From Candidatus Sumerlaeaceae bacterium (GTDB taxonomy: Bacteria; Sumerlaeota; Sumerlaeia; Sumerlaeales; Sumerlaeaceae), in NCBI GenBank assembly GCA_049968255.1, contig JBMFRB010000006.1, forward strand, positions 135,800 through 199,799: DNA of 64,000 nucleotides, in the 5' to 3' direction. Positions 1-9,340 of this stretch are shown here, one piece after another (the first letter of the stretch is position 1; every line of letters starts with the position of its first letter). A program made the position numbers and the translations under genes. Under the pieces are notes generated by a model that was given only the letters and a program-made list of their open reading frames with translations, ran no database searches and was not told where the DNA came from.

Positions 1-397
1 TCATCAGAGCGCTGCCGCAATTGTTGCCCGTGACCTTGCGAGCCGGACACCCCATATTGATATCCACAAGGGCTGCCCCTTGCTGCTCGATAATTTTTGC
101 GGCTTCAGCGAGACGATCGGGCTCGCCGCCGAGTAACTGGACGGCAACTGGAGGGGCCTCGCCCCCAATGTCGAGAAGACTCCAGGTGCCCTTGTCGCCG
201 CGTATGAGCCCTTCGGCGGAAATCATCTGCGTGTAGACAAGATGCGCTCCCATCCGGCGCAATATTTCGCGAAATGGGCGATCGGTGATGTTGCACATCG
301 GTGCGGGGAGGACGCGGGTGCGTAGGCCGAGTGGCCCAATGTGCCACTCCCTGCTGGGGACGCATGAGGGGGGCCATGTGATCATCTCGTGAACCAT
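1..397 (-). CDS. dusB: tRNA-dihydrouridine synthase (5' part; runs off window start)
   Basis: Not in the ORF track. Manual translation from ATG 397 (RBS AGGAGA) gives MVHEM...LPAPMCNITDRPFR...YTQMISAEGL...VQLLGGEP...VDINMGCPARKV...GSALM, matching the Dus motifs APM, QL.G and DINMGCP. Confidence 0.92.
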   Translation of the reverse strand, partial: MVHEMITWPPSCVPSREWHIGPLGLRTRVLPAPMCNITDRPFREILRRMGAHLVYTQMISAEGLIRGDKGTWSLLDIGGEAPPVAVQLLGGEPDRLAEAAKIIEQQGAALVDINMGCPARKVTGNNCGSALM

Positions 398-464
398 GCT
401 GCGATCTCCTGTGCTGGGGCGCGTGGCGCTTGCTTGCACTGTCTAACACGATGGCCGCGCGAAA

Positions 465-1574
465 TTATTTATCGCCAGCGGATGCCCCTGCGGAAAGCGT
501 GCGTTTGGCCATCTTGAGAAGCAGTCGCGCCGCAACGCGGTTGACAATCACAATGCTAAAAATAATCGCCGCCTCCATGATCTCGATGATATCTTTCGGG
601 AGCTCACTGGCGGCGGCCACCTTACCATAGTTTAATACACCGAAAAGAAGTGCTGTGAAAATGACGCCGATGGGGTGATTGTTTGCAAGAAGCGCCACGG
701 CGATGCCGAGAAAACCGAGCCCAGCAGAGAAGTTTTCTTCAAAATACCCTTTGTGACCGAGCACGAATCCGACGCCGACAAGCCCAGCGAGAGCTCCACT
801 CAGAAACATCGTCACGATGATAACGCGTGCTGGCACAATGCCGGCTAGCCGCGCGGCCAGCGCGTTTTTCCCAACAGCACGGATTTCATAGCCAAGCTTT
901 GTCCTGCGCAGCATCCACCACACGCCCAACGCGGCCACGAGTGCCAAAAACAATGATGCGTTGACAATTGACCCCTGAAATACCGGGAACCACACGGATA
1001 GGCGGGGAAGCCGGAGAAATTCTGGAAACGCAGGTGTGCGCACCGTGGCTGGAACGGCAAAACTATTCGGGTCGTAGCGTAGCAAGTAGTTGATCCACGC
1101 AAGGGCGACAAAATTTAGCATGATCGTTGTGATAACCTCGTGTGCACCCGTGAGAGCCTTGAGAACTCCAGGGATTGCGCCGTAGAGCCCTCCAGCGATC
1201 ATCGCGACAAGAACAAAAGCCACCATCCACACGAACCATGGAACCTTCTGGAGGATTTCCTTCGGAACGCCTTTCAGATAGTAGCCCACGATACCCAGGG
1301 CCATCGCGCCCAAGTAGAGTTGCCCCTCGGCGCCGATGTTGAACAGGCCAGCCCGGAATGCGACAGCAACTGCCAGACCGGTGAACGTGAGCAGAGTTGC
1401 CGTGTGCAGTACCTGACCAAGCCCGTACCAATCGCGCAAGCTCTCCTGAAAGATTGCACGAAATGTGGAAATCACGGGATAGCCTGTGAGTGCCAGAAAC
1501 GCCATCCCTGCGAGAACGGAAAGCAGGAGCGCGATAGCAGGTGCAAAAATGGCTCGCACAAGGAACTGTTTCAT
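465..1574 (-). CDS. ABC transporter permease, nucleoside/simple-sugar type (NupB/YufP-like)
   Basis: Multi-TM protein with motifs FRAGLFNIGAEGQ, HEVITTIMLN and GYEIRAVG.N..AA..AGI. Confidence 0.88.
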   Translation of the reverse strand: MKQFLVRAIFAPAIALLLSVLAGMAFLALTGYPVISTFRAIFQESLRDWYGLGQVLHTATLLTFTGLAVAVAFRAGLFNIGAEGQLYLGAMALGIVGYYLKGVPKEILQKVPWFVWMVAFVLVAMIAGGLYGAIPGVLKALTGAHEVITTIMLNFVALAWINYLLRYDPNSFAVPATVRTPAFPEFLRLPRLSVWFPVFQGSIVNASLFLALVAALGVWWMLRRTKLGYEIRAVGKNALAARLAGIVPARVIIVTMFLSGALAGLVGVGFVLGHKGYFEENFSAGLGFLGIAVALLANNHPIGVIFTALLFGVLNYGKVAAASELPKDIIEIMEAAIIFSIVIVNRVAARLLLKMAKRTLSAGASAGDK

Positions 1575-1585
1575 CGGCTAAACTC

Positions 1586-3232
1586 CTAGGTTGCGGACTC
1601 TGGTTGAGCGGCTTTGGTGCTCCCGCCTGCCATAAAGATTCCGAGATCCTTTTCTTGAAGATTGTGATTGGGGGCTTCGAAAACAATGCGGCCGCCGTAA
1701 ATCACGAGCACGCGATCACTGAGCGCAAGGATTTCGCTGAGCTCGGCCGAAATCAGAAGGATGCCGACGCCAGCAGCACGCAGCTCGAGCAGCTTGTGGT
1801 GGATGAATTCTATGGCTCCGAGGTCAATCCCGCGGGTGGGATGCGCCGCGACGAGCAGGCTGGCGCCGCGCGTGAATTCTCGCGCCACGATGAGCTTCTG
1901 TTGATTGCCCCCACTGAGTTGATTGGCACGCAGACGAGGATTAGCAGGCCGGACATCAAAATCTTCGAGAAGCCGCTTGGCCGCTTCTTGATCGAATCGG
2001 TGCGCTTGTGACCAGTTGTGATGCCGACCCAGGAGGAGGTTCTCGCGCAAATCAAAATCGAGGATGAGGCCCTGGCGTTGACGGTCCCCGGGAATACACG
2101 CCATCCCGGCGGCGAACTTTTTGCGCGGTGACAGCACCGTAACATCACGTTGATTGATCAGGATCCGGCCTTCACTTGGCAGAGCAAGGCCGGTGAGGAC
2201 TTCCAGAAGCTCCTTCTGGCCGTTGCCTTCGACACCAGCAATGCCAACGATTTCGCCCGCTTTCACTTCCAGAGAGATATCGGCAAGCAAGGGGCGGCCC
2301 CGTGCGCTGCGCCGCAAAGAAACGTGTTCGAGACGAAGCGGTGTGGGCAGATCTCGTGGCTTAGGCACAACTGCATTCAGCACTGGCTGCTCTTGTGACA
2401 AAGTTTCGGGGCCCGCGTCTGACTGCGGGGTCGCACGGGGCAGGCGCCCGCTACGCGCTTTTTCAATGTCGCGTGCCAGTGTTGGCAGAATGACGTCGCG
2501 CCCAACCATGAGACGCGCAATTTCCTCGGGTGTGGTGGATGCTGTTTCCAGTGTTGCGACGACTCGGCCGGCACGCAGCACCGTCAGACGCTGGGATACG
2601 GCCATGACCTCGTGCAGCTTGTGAGTGATGATAATGAGCGTTTTCCCTGCGGCGGCGAGGGTGCGAATTGTGCTAAAGAGCGCCTCGACTTCCTGGGGAG
2701 TCAGCACAGCGGTGGGCTCGTCAAGAATCACGATTGAAGCATCGCGATAGAGGATTTTGAGTATTTCGACGCGCTGCTGTTCGCCGACGCTCAACGTCTC
2801 TACAACGGCGTTGGGATCGAGCGCCATATCGAAGCGACGAATGAGCTGAGCCACACGCGCCGCCGCTTCCGCCGGGATGTAAAGGCCCAAACGCACACGC
2901 TCGTCGCCGAGGATTACGTTCTCGGCAACGGTGAAGGGGGGGACAAGCATGAAGTGCTGATGGACCATTCCAATGCCTGCTGCGATGGCGTCGGCTGGTG
3001 AACGGAACTCGACGGTGCGGCCGTGCACACGGATCTCGCCAGAATCCGGCCGATAAAGTCCGTAGAGAATCTTCATCAGGGTGGATTTGCCGGCACCGTT
3101 TTCGCCAACGAGGGCATGCACTTCCCCGCGGCGCACGCGGAACGTGACGCGATCGTTCGCCACCACGCGCGCAAAGGAGTGCGTGATGTCGAGCATCTCG
3201 ACGGCCCATTGTGCATCAGGCTTGTCAGTCAT
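1586..3232 (-). CDS. ABC transporter ATP-binding protein with two ABC domains (NupA/YufO-like)
   Basis: GENGAGKST, GMVHQHFML, LSVGEQQRVEI, ILDEPT; second domain GVEGNGQ and LSGGNQQK. Start MTDKPD at 3232 preferred over the ORF-track start 3322. Confidence 0.9.
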   Translation of the reverse strand: MTDKPDAQWAVEMLDITHSFARVVANDRVTFRVRRGEVHALVGENGAGKSTLMKILYGLYRPDSGEIRVHGRTVEFRSPADAIAAGIGMVHQHFMLVPPFTVAENVILGDERVRLGLYIPAEAAARVAQLIRRFDMALDPNAVVETLSVGEQQRVEILKILYRDASIVILDEPTAVLTPQEVEALFSTIRTLAAAGKTLIIITHKLHEVMAVSQRLTVLRAGRVVATLETASTTPEEIARLMVGRDVILPTLARDIEKARSGRLPRATPQSDAGPETLSQEQPVLNAVVPKPRDLPTPLRLEHVSLRRSARGRPLLADISLEVKAGEIVGIAGVEGNGQKELLEVLTGLALPSEGRILINQRDVTVLSPRKKFAAGMACIPGDRQRQGLILDFDLRENLLLGRHHNWSQAHRFDQEAAKRLLEDFDVRPANPRLRANQLSGGNQQKLIVAREFTRGASLLVAAHPTRGIDLGAIEFIHHKLLELRAAGVGILLISAELSEILALSDRVLVIYGGRIVFEAPNHNLQEKDLGIFMAGGSTKAAQPESAT

Positions 3233-3369
3233 TGTGCGATTAGCTGCCAAACTTGTGGCGACGATGCCAAGAAAAACGTCTCCGTTTTTTGAAATGCGGC
3301 TCTTTTCCATGGAGTTGCGCATTCTCCGAATGTTATAAGCGACTTAGCAACTTCAAGGAGGGTGTAAAA

Positions 3370-4176
3370 GTGAAGGCGACCGATGTGAACTTCTTCGCTT
3401 GGTTGCTGAGCGGCCCTGTTGTGCCAGGGCTACTCATCATCGTGATTTATTTGGCGAAATGTATCAATGTGCTTAACGAGTACGAACGGGGCGTGGTGTT
3501 CCGCCTTGGGCGGTTGCTGCCGCAACCCAAGGGGCCGGGACTCGTGCTGATTTTTTGGCCAATCGATCGTATGGTGCGAGTGAGTCTTCGGATTGTGACT
3601 TTAGATGTGCCGCCGCAAGACATCATCACACGTGATAATGTTTCGGTGCATGTCAACGCGGTGATCTACTTCCAGGTCATAGATCCGGCGAAGGCGATCA
3701 TTTCGGTGGAAGATTATCTTTTTGCCACCTCGCAAATGGCGCAAACAACCCTGCGAAGCGTTCTCGGTCAGGTGGAATTAGATGACTTGCTTGCCGAAAG
3801 AGAAAAATTGAACATAGAACTTCAGGGGATCCTCGATCGGCAAACGGACGCATGGGGCGTGAAAGTGACTGCTGTCGAGATTAAGAAGGTGGACCTGCCT
3901 CAGGAAATGCAACGCGCAATGGCGCGGCAAGCGGAGGCGGAACGTGAGCGGCGTGCGAAAGTCATCAGCGCCGAAGGAGAATATCAAGCTGCGGAGAAAC
4001 TGGTGGCCGCGGCCGATATGATGTCGGCCCATCCGATGGCCATGCAAATGCGCTACCTGCAAACGCTCGTGGAAATTAGCGCCGAGAAAAGCTCGACGAT
4101 TGTCTTCCCATTCCCCATTGAGATGCTGCGCACGTTCGGATTGGAGAAGCCTAATCCACCAAAACAGCAGAGTTGA
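3370..4176 (+). CDS. SPFH/band 7 stomatin-like (slipin) protein
   Basis: [53 protein letters not shown] start downstream of AAGGAG. Confidence 0.93.
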   Translation: MKATDVNFFAWLLSGPVVPGLLIIVIYLAKCINVLNEYERGVVFRLGRLLPQPKGPGLVLIFWPIDRMVRVSLRIVTLDVPPQDIITRDNVSVHVNAVIYFQVIDPAKAIISVEDYLFATSQMAQTTLRSVLGQVELDDLLAEREKLNIELQGILDRQTDAWGVKVTAVEIKKVDLPQEMQRAMARQAEAERERRAKVISAEGEYQAAEKLVAAADMMSAHPMAMQMRYLQTLVEISAEKSSTIVFPFPIEMLRTFGLEKPNPPKQQS

Positions 4177-4209
4177 CAGCGGATAATCGGTGCCACAACC
4201 GTCAGCCTT

Positions 4210-4725
4210 ATGACGATGGAAAAGGATTCGCCCTCGAAGGCTCGCGATGTTGTGGTGCGCCGGGCGATGCCCGCGGACGCGGCGACGATGTTGCGTCTCA
4301 TTCGGGCACTTGCCGAGTACGAGAAACTCGATCCGCCGGACAAAGGGGCAGAAGAACGGCTTGTCAGGGATGCCTTTTGCGAGAAGCCACGATTCGAGGT
4401 GTGGCTGGCAGAGGTGGGTGCCCAAGCCGCAGGCTATGCTTTTATTCTCGAGACTTACTCGACATTTCTGGCACGCCCCACACTCTACATCGAGGACATT
4501 TTCGTGTTGCCTGAGTATCGCGGTTCGGGGGTGGGGCACACGCTCTTTCGCAAATGCGTGGAGCTGGCCAAAGAACGAGGCTGCGGGCGTATCGAGTGGG
4601 TAACGCTCGATTGGAACGTGACAGCACAGAGCTTCTTTAAGCGTTATGGCGCCCAGCACCTTGCTGAGTGGTACTTTTTCCGACTGACGGCGGACAAATT
4701 CGACGAGATCCTGAAACGCCCCTGA
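4210..4725 (+). CDS. GNAT N-acetyltransferase (diamine/SSAT-like)
   Basis: IRALAEYEK, YSTF...LYIEDIFVLPEYRGSGVG, W.TLDWN..A..F. Confidence 0.88.
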   Translation: MTMEKDSPSKARDVVVRRAMPADAATMLRLIRALAEYEKLDPPDKGAEERLVRDAFCEKPRFEVWLAEVGAQAAGYAFILETYSTFLARPTLYIEDIFVLPEYRGSGVGHTLFRKCVELAKERGCGRIEWVTLDWNVTAQSFFKRYGAQHLAEWYFFRLTADKFDEILKRP

Positions 4726-4734
4726 GCGAGGAGC

Positions 4735-4941
4735 CTAGCAGCCCCCGCCAACGATCGTGATGATTTCAATGGCATCGCCGTCGTGGAGCGGTGTGCTTTC
4801 GTGCTCAGCACGGCGAATGACGTCGCCATTGAGCATGACCGCCACCTGATCGCGCTGGATGCCAAGCGCCTTGAGCAGCTCGATGATGTTCGAGACGTTG
4901 TCAAAGCTCTGAGTTTTTCCGTTTACTGTAAGAGAAATCAT
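4735..4941 (-). CDS. thiS: Sulfur carrier protein ThiS
   Basis: MISLTVNGK...VAVMLNGDVI...LHDGDAIEIITIVGGGC. Start at 4941 with GGAG RBS. Confidence 0.85.
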   Translation of the reverse strand: MISLTVNGKTQSFDNVSNIIELLKALGIQRDQVAVMLNGDVIRRAEHESTPLHDGDAIEIITIVGGGC

Positions 4942-5256
4942 GTTGCTCTCCGCGGTCATTTCGGTGTCAATAGTATCGGTTGCGCCGAAGGTGCATTCAC
5001 TCCTGAAGGAATCGGCTGCCCCGCTCTCAAGGGTTTTGTGACTTTTTATTGACAATGAGTGTTCGGGCCGTTAGCAACAATCCGACAATTCAGGAATTTT
5101 AGGAATTCTAGCGGTTATTTTTGCGATCACGATAAGAAGAGAACGGATCCAGAAACGCAGAGGCGGCTGGATAGGCTGATGCGAGAACCGATGCTGATCG
5201 GGCCGGCGGTAGGCTCAGCCGGTGGAAAATGTGGACTGCGGAGGTAGTGGCTGCGA

Positions 5257-6366
5257 ATGATCCGGAGATTTTCGATCAAGCAAGTGGCCGAACGGACGGG
5301 TCTGGAAGAAGCCGAAATTCGGTACTATGAGAATGCTTTCAAAGAATTTCTCACCTTTACTGAGATGGGCCTCGACAAGAACGATTTTACCGAGGACCAC
5401 ATTGCAATTCTGACCCGCATCAAGGAGCTCATCTACAAGCGCGGATTCACGATCGAGGAGGTTAAACGGGAACTCAAAACCACGCTTAACGATATTCGTG
5501 CGAAAATCCCCGTGCCAGTACGAGGAAGTAATTATGCGCGGGTCATTGCGGTCACCAGCGGAAAAGGAGGGGTCGGAAAAACAAGCATCGTGGTGAACCT
5601 TGCGGTGACCATTGCTCAGACGGGGCGAAAGGTTGCAATTTTTGACGCGGATCTTGGCCTAGCCAACGTTCACATCCTCATGGGGATCAAACCACGATTC
5701 AATCTTGCGCACCTAATCCAGAATGATTTTCCGCTCGAAGACATTATCACGCGAGGGCCATTGGGAATTCAGATTATCAGTGGCGGGCAGGGTATTCGCG
5801 AGCTGGCGAATTTGACCGATGAACAGAGACGCGTCCTGCTGCGTCAACTCGATAAGCTCGAACAGGAGGTTGACGTGCTGCTGGTGGATACGGGCGCCGG
5901 CATCAGCGAAAACGTGTTGCGATTCGCGGCTTTTGCAGACGAGATCATCGCGGTGACGACCCCCAACATCGCAGCAAATGCTGATTGTTTCTCCATCATC
6001 AAGATACTGCTGGAGATGGAGCCGAACTCGAAAATCGGTTTGCTGACCAACATGGCAAGCGATTGCTATGAAGCCAAAAATGTTTTCAACAAGCTGCAGG
6101 CAGCAATGCGCAAGGTCCTCAATTATGAGCTGAACGATCTGGGATATCTCGTGACGAGCGAGCAGATGCGCGTGGCGACCGAGCAGCGTCGGCCAGTCGT
6201 CTTTGCCTATCCACATTCGGAAATCACGCACAATTTCCGCGCGATCGTGGACACAATTTTCAATACGCGTGTGTTTGTGAACGAACGTAAGGAATCGAGT
6301 TTTGCGGACCTGATGGGTGCTTTGAAACGCAGCATGACTAGCTCGCGGTCAGCGGTGGCTATCTGA
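5257..6366 (+). CDS. MerR-like HTH fused to a MinD/FlhG(FleN)-type ATPase
   Basis: N-terminal FSIKQVAERTGL...IRYYE...IKELIY.RGFTIEEV. C-terminal VIAVTSGKGGVGKT, DADLGLANV, DTGAGIS. Confidence 0.85.
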   Translation: MIRRFSIKQVAERTGLEEAEIRYYENAFKEFLTFTEMGLDKNDFTEDHIAILTRIKELIYKRGFTIEEVKRELKTTLNDIRAKIPVPVRGSNYARVIAVTSGKGGVGKTSIVVNLAVTIAQTGRKVAIFDADLGLANVHILMGIKPRFNLAHLIQNDFPLEDIITRGPLGIQIISGGQGIRELANLTDEQRRVLLRQLDKLEQEVDVLLVDTGAGISENVLRFAAFADEIIAVTTPNIAANADCFSIIKILLEMEPNSKIGLLTNMASDCYEAKNVFNKLQAAMRKVLNYELNDLGYLVTSEQMRVATEQRRPVVFAYPHSEITHNFRAIVDTIFNTRVFVNERKESSFADLMGALKRSMTSSRSAVAI

Positions 6367-6398
6367 AAATGATGACGCATCAAAAAGGAGAAGCCGGA

Positions 6399-6521
6399 AT
6401 GATTTACCGAACTATGACGACATCGGAACGTTGGATTGCACGGCTCATCGTGGGAACAGCGGGGATTTGCTCGCTGCTCGTGGCCGTGTACGTTTCTTTG
6501 ACAGACATTGTCCACGTCTGA
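6399..6521 (+). CDS. Putative 40-aa single-TM small protein
   Basis: Below the ORF-track cutoff. AAAAGGAG RBS 8 nt before ATG; MIYRTMTTSERWIARLIVGTAGICSLLVAVYVSLTDIVHV contains one hydrophobic stretch. Confidence 0.55.
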   Translation: MIYRTMTTSERWIARLIVGTAGICSLLVAVYVSLTDIVHV

Positions 6522-6658
6522 GGCTGGCCCGCGGCAACAGGATAAGGCCACCCTTCGCGGATGCCTGCTGAGTGAAGGCCATTCTCGGCAGGCATCCGCT
6601 GAAAACAAGCACCAGGCGTCTTGGGCGAGGAGCGGGATCAAAGCGGGAGCACGCAGAA

Positions 6659-7540
6659 ATGAGCGAAAGCTACAATATCGTTGATTTAGTGGACCATGGG
6701 GCGAGCAGCGGAGCTGTGCAGTTCGAGGAAAGAACGGCCTATGTGCTGCGCCACTTCCATTTCCATGAGCACCCGTTCGGCGATAACGTGAATCCGAAGT
6801 TTTTCTTTCGCACGGAAGCGCACGAGGACGCCTATATCAAAATGAAGCGCTGTATCGAGGACCACGTGGCCGTGGGCTTGACAACAGCGCTTAGCGGGAC
6901 GGGCAAAACGCTGCTCACACAAATTCTTATTTCGGAGCTAAATCCAGCTCAGTATGAGACGATACTTGTCCTGGCCTATCCGGGGATGACGCGTTCGGGT
7001 TTGCTGCGCGAAGTGGCCACAGAGCTGGGGCTCGAGGCCTTGCCGGCACGGGCTCCCTTTCATCAACTGATGAGCGCTGTTCAGGAGCGCATTATGGCGC
7101 TGTATGCGGCCGGCAAGCAACTCGTCATCACGGTGGATGAGTGCCATTTCCTCGGACTGGATGCTTTGCAGGTCATTCGGACGTTATCGAATATGGAAGT
7201 GCCGGAGCGCAAGCTGGTCACACTTCTGCTTTTTGGCGAGGAATTTTTCCAACAGAAGCTAGCGCGGCCGGAGTTTGCCTCGATCGCAAATCGGATGTTT
7301 ATTCGTGCACGGTTGCGGCCACTCACAGCTGAAGAAACGGAGCAATACGTAAAATTCCGCTGTCTTGTGAGTGGCGGGCGCCCAGCGGTCTTTGCGTCAG
7401 ACGTCTATCCGCTGCTTCACGAGCTGTCGGCTGGAATCCCCCGCGACATCAATCGGCTCTGCCATACAGCGCTTTTCGAGGCAGCGCGGCGGGGGAAAGC
7501 GGTCGTGGATCGCCAGCTTTTAGCCGAAAATGTCAGTTGA
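6659..7540 (+). CDS. ExeA/GspA-like AAA ATPase (ATPase domain only)
   Basis: PF...NPKFFF....HE.A, Walker A ALSGTGKT, Walker B VITVDECH, LRPLT.EET..YV, GIPRDINRLC..AL. Confidence 0.85.
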   Translation: MSESYNIVDLVDHGASSGAVQFEERTAYVLRHFHFHEHPFGDNVNPKFFFRTEAHEDAYIKMKRCIEDHVAVGLTTALSGTGKTLLTQILISELNPAQYETILVLAYPGMTRSGLLREVATELGLEALPARAPFHQLMSAVQERIMALYAAGKQLVITVDECHFLGLDALQVIRTLSNMEVPERKLVTLLLFGEEFFQQKLARPEFASIANRMFIRARLRPLTAEETEQYVKFRCLVSGGRPAVFASDVYPLLHELSAGIPRDINRLCHTALFEAARRGKAVVDRQLLAENVS

Positions 7541-7660
7541 CCGAAAAGCGGCCAGTGCACGTGGGGCATAAGCCGTCGCATGAATTTTCCGTGACAGCGC
7601 AGCGGCAAGTGAGTTGTGCTTGCGTGTAGGTTTTGAGCCGCCACACTGACTCGCACTAAC

Positions 7661-9307
7661 GTGGAAAATCAGAGAAACACCGCGATTGTGAGCACGAACG
7701 GAACGGGATCTTCCGTTGATGTGTTTGCGCCACCGAATCGAAGGATTGGGCGTGAGACTCTGCTGCTTATTCTGCTTTGCTTGGCTGTTTCAGCTCTTTT
7801 GCGGTTTGTGGCGCTCGGGCGCCGTGACCTGTACGGCGATGAGTATTTTGGGCTCGACTACATCACGGCCCAGCGGCCAAACCTCTTGGATGAGATTTTC
7901 CGTGGGCATCTGCCGCTGTTTTACGAGCTTCTCCGAGCCTGGGGCAAGCTTGTGGGCACCGCGAGCGATGCCCTGCTGCGGGTACCGTCTGCGGTGTTTG
8001 CCTTCGGCGCATGCGTTGCATTTGTCGTTTTTGCATTCCGTTTTTTGCGGGGCTTGGCGTTCGTTCTCTGCCTTGTTGGCTTTGCTTTGAACCCCGCACT
8101 GGTGCACTCGGCTCACGATGTGTCGAGTTACGCTCTTTTGAGCCTGTTTGTGGTTGGTTCACATTATTACGCGATTCGTGCTCTGGATGAAAACGAGAAA
8201 CGCTATTGGGTAGGGTGGGCTATCACGAGTGCTTTGGGGGCACTCACTCATCCATTCTTCTGGTTTGTTATGTTGGGACAATTCTTTTTTGCTCTGATGC
8301 GGCCCAAAAAGACCCCGCGGAGTTTCGTCATTGTGGCTGCAGCAGGCACTCTCGCGATCATTGCTTTAATGCTTATCGGTGTCGTGTACGCGAAGAAGCA
8401 TTTTTCGGGATTTGATATTGATGCGCCATCGGTGGCGGATCTTTCGAGGGGGTTAGTGTCGGCCACACTGGGTGATTTCGCGCGCTACCAGTATGGCGGT
8501 CGGCTTTTTGTGCGCGCGATTCTTTACCTATTTGTTCTTGTGGCTCTGATCCTTAGCTGGGTTTATTATCGAGTGCGCCAGGCGGAGGCTGAGGCTCTGC
8601 CAGAGCACGTGATGTGGGTGGACGAAACGCAAGATGTGCTCGGGCACTGGACACGATTGAGTCTGGCATCGTTTCTTCTTTATCAGTGGGTCACATTTCT
8701 TGTGCCAGCCATCGCCATTATGCTAGTGGGCGGCTTCGCTTCGGGACACCTGTTACACGCAGCCTATTTTATTGTGAGCCTTCCACCGCTGTTGGTGCTT
8801 ATCGCCTGTGGCATAGATGCGGCCCCAGGCAGGCCGGGCACGATCGTGATGGGGCTGCTATTTGTGCTGGCCATGACGTTCTACAATTTCCTGGGGCTGA
8901 GCGACCCAGGCTATGGCCTCAAGGAGGCTGTTCGACGGATTCGCAAAGCGGACTATGCCGCGCAGCAAGATGCTTTCCTTGTCGTGAGTCCTGGTGGCCT
9001 GGAGCGAGGTTTGGCACGCTACATGGAGGGACTGGCCTTCTCTGAGTTACGCCCACCGTCCAATCCTGAACTGTGTGATAAGGTGCTCCAGGAAAAAACT
9101 AACGGAAAAGAACGGGCGTTCGTGCTCTATCACGACGACTTCCGTCGCATCGGGAAATCTGACCGATCGCTCGTGAGGGAATGGTTCGGCATTCGAAAAG
9201 ACAAGTGGGACACGAACAGCAAATGGACGCTCAGTGAAGCTGAGAAGACGGAGCTACGCCTGTACGTCCGAATAGATCCCACGAAGACGCCGCCGCGCAT
9301 TGATTGA
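7661..9307 (+). CDS. GT-C fold membrane glycosyltransferase (GT39/ArnT/PMT-like)
   Basis: LRFVALGRRDLYGDE after TM1, H.PLFY.LL..W, LRVPSA, many TM segments and a C-terminal soluble domain. Confidence 0.72.
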   Translation: MENQRNTAIVSTNGTGSSVDVFAPPNRRIGRETLLLILLCLAVSALLRFVALGRRDLYGDEYFGLDYITAQRPNLLDEIFRGHLPLFYELLRAWGKLVGTASDALLRVPSAVFAFGACVAFVVFAFRFLRGLAFVLCLVGFALNPALVHSAHDVSSYALLSLFVVGSHYYAIRALDENEKRYWVGWAITSALGALTHPFFWFVMLGQFFFALMRPKKTPRSFVIVAAAGTLAIIALMLIGVVYAKKHFSGFDIDAPSVADLSRGLVSATLGDFARYQYGGRLFVRAILYLFVLVALILSWVYYRVRQAEAEALPEHVMWVDETQDVLGHWTRLSLASFLLYQWVTFLVPAIAIMLVGGFASGHLLHAAYFIVSLPPLLVLIACGIDAAPGRPGTIVMGLLFVLAMTFYNFLGLSDPGYGLKEAVRRIRKADYAAQQDAFLVVSPGGLERGLARYMEGLAFSELRPPSNPELCDKVLQEKTNGKERAFVLYHDDFRRIGKSDRSLVREWFGIRKDKWDTNSKWTLSEAEKTELRLYVRIDPTKTPPRID

Positions 9308-9340
9308 TACGCTGTCGGCAAACGGTGCTGGAGTGGTAAC

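Noticed and set aside
4942-5256. TPP riboswitch upstream of thiS
   Set aside because: The conserved CTGAGA and ACCTGA...TAATGC...GGGA elements were not found on the minus strand.
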